Source of the DNA: Octopus sinensis | Taxonomy: Eukaryota | NCBI RefSeq assembly: GCF_006345805.1 | Contig: NC_042998.1 | Coordinates: 54,870,001 to 54,934,000, forward strand | Length of the DNA stretch: 64,000 nucleotides | Reading direction: 5' to 3' | Shown: positions 63,751-64,000 of the stretch, in pieces | Layout of the letters: each line of letters starts with the position of its first letter | Position numbering within the stretch: position 1 is the stretch's first letter | Notes under the pieces: model-generated | Database searches by the model: none | Told to the model about the DNA's origin: nothing | Seen by the model: the letters and a program-made list of their open reading frames with translations, nothing else | Program-made: the position numbers and the translations under genes

Positions 63751-64000
63751 CAGTTATTGGACTGCAGCCATGCTGGGGAAACGCTTTGAACAAATCGACT
63801 TCAAGACTTATTTTTAAACCTGGTACTTATTCTATCGGTGTTGTTTTGAGGGACCTCTGGGCCCAGGAGGCTCTCTCCATCCTCTTTGTCTTTCTTAGTG
63901 CAGTCAGCTCCCAGAATGGTATCTAGGTGCCTATGTGCTGTCTAATAAGAACATAGGAACGGGTGAATTCACGTTTCTTCCACTCTATATGGGCCGTGGT

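Noticed and set aside
671-63926. Most ORFs in the supplied track (poly-YI, HT, CV, LSIY, poly-H/D/M/N and SINE read-throughs)
   Set aside because: They are translations of microsatellites or of SINE families A/B, not genes.

Overview
AT-rich, repeat-dominated animal genomic DNA. The SINE/MITE families and microsatellite density resemble what I recall from Octopus genomes (inference, not searched). The only host gene I can support is the terminal coding exon of a TSEN54 (tRNA-splicing endonuclease subunit Sen54) homologue on + at 20859-21012; I could not place its upstream exons. A processed RPL5 pseudogene (58088-59360) is split by a Helentron-like element that itself carries a SINE. The rest is transposon debris: several tRNA-derived SINE families, two R4/Dong-type LINE 3' ends, a 5'-truncated Tx1/L1 LINE, RTE fragments, two Penelope-like termini with minimal hammerhead motifs, piggyBac-, mariner- and pogo-type MITEs, Helitron-like elements and a ~1 kb foldback element. 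No rRNA, true tRNA or CRISPR array was found. Nearly all supplied ORFs are microsatellite or SINE read-throughs. The best leads are: (1) a shared 3' terminus linking a microsatellite-embedded Tx1 LINE to a SINE family; (2) an unexplained higher-order CCAAT/CRE array with a TATA box (17.6-17.9 kb); (3) a 245-bp locally templated insertion inside a Dong LINE; (4) telomeric-repeat MITEs; (5) a CpG-depletion boundary near 27.5-28 kb. Element boundaries were read by eye and may be off by a few bases.
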